Shown in pieces: positions 63,393 to 64,000 of a stretch of DNA of 64,000 nucleotides; within the stretch, counting starts at the first letter, position 1, and every line of letters begins with the position of its first letter. Origin of the DNA: Octopus vulgaris (taxonomy: Eukaryota); NCBI GenBank assembly GCA_951406725.2, contig OX597820.1, forward strand, positions 4,030,001 through 4,094,000. Direction: 5' to 3'. The notes under the pieces were generated by a model. The model saw only the letters and a list, made by a program, of their open reading frames with translations. It searched no databases and was not told where the DNA came from. The translations under genes were made by a program, and so were the position numbers.

Positions 63393-64000
63393 TAATCCCT
63401 GGCTATTCTCGTCATTTAAGCTAATTAAGGGTCCAGGCATTAACATTAAAAGAATCTTAATGAAATGGGAGTTACTTTACTGAAATATGGTTCCTGAAAC
63501 ATTTCATGGAATGGCAAAGACACTGGAACATGATGCAGTCCTTGGGCCCATCAGATCCTGTTAAAGCATCTGACTCCCTACCAACATGGAACATGGACAT
63601 AAAATGATGATGTAGTATCATTTTTGTGATATTTTTCAAGTTGTTTTGTGGGATTTTTTATATTCAGAAGCATTCAAAATATTTCTCCTTAATGTCTAAA
63701 AAACAAAAAAGAATGTTCTTGAACCATACGCAAAAAAGGCCATTTTCTGCAGGTTCAGTGGTGGATGTATTCTCCCACTGGATGGAAAGCCGGTCCATCA
63801 GAGGATTATTCTGAGCAGACTGGAGCAAGAATTGAAACCACAATCATGCAATCGTGAGTGCAACACCCTAACCACTGAGCCATGTGCCTCCACATTTATT
63901 TGTATTCTTTTCTACTCTAGGCACAAGGCCTGAAATGTTTTGGGGTGGGAGGGAGCCAGTCGATTAGATCAATCCCCAGTACACAACTGGTACTTAATTT

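Overview
Eukaryotic, AT-rich, repeat-dense DNA. The SINE families and microsatellite load suggest an octopus (coleoid cephalopod) genome; this is inference from recalled repeat motifs. Most short ORFs in the track are microsatellite or SINE artefacts. Two host genes are supported, both on the minus strand: (i) a 3-coding-exon gene (60958->54790) for a ~399-aa protein with an MG-type N-terminus, a divergent beta-propeller-like middle and a C-terminal SOCS box; (ii) the 3' exons (18349->11843) of a probable GPI-anchored surface protein. The rest is mobile DNA: a full-length dead mariner, mariner/piggyBac/Merlin-like MITEs, non-autonomous Helitrons, RTE LINE fragments, a Gypsy pol fragment, tRNA-derived SINEs and three distinct Penelope-like (PLE) RT/GIY-YIG remnants. 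The most striking signal is about 15 type-I hammerhead-ribozyme-like motifs from roughly 8-9 families with no evident shared flanking sequence. They sit in short, mostly non-coding PLE-end units, many built as fold-back (inverted) insertions, some with TSDs. One family puts a tRNA-like Pol III promoter and a trinucleotide microsatellite directly upstream of the hammerhead; others carry recurring non-canonical cores (CCGANGA, CUGURGA). PLE hammerheads and inverted PLE termini are known; the diversity, variant cores and tRNA-head/hammerhead cassette are the candidate novelties. All alignments and folds were done by eye.
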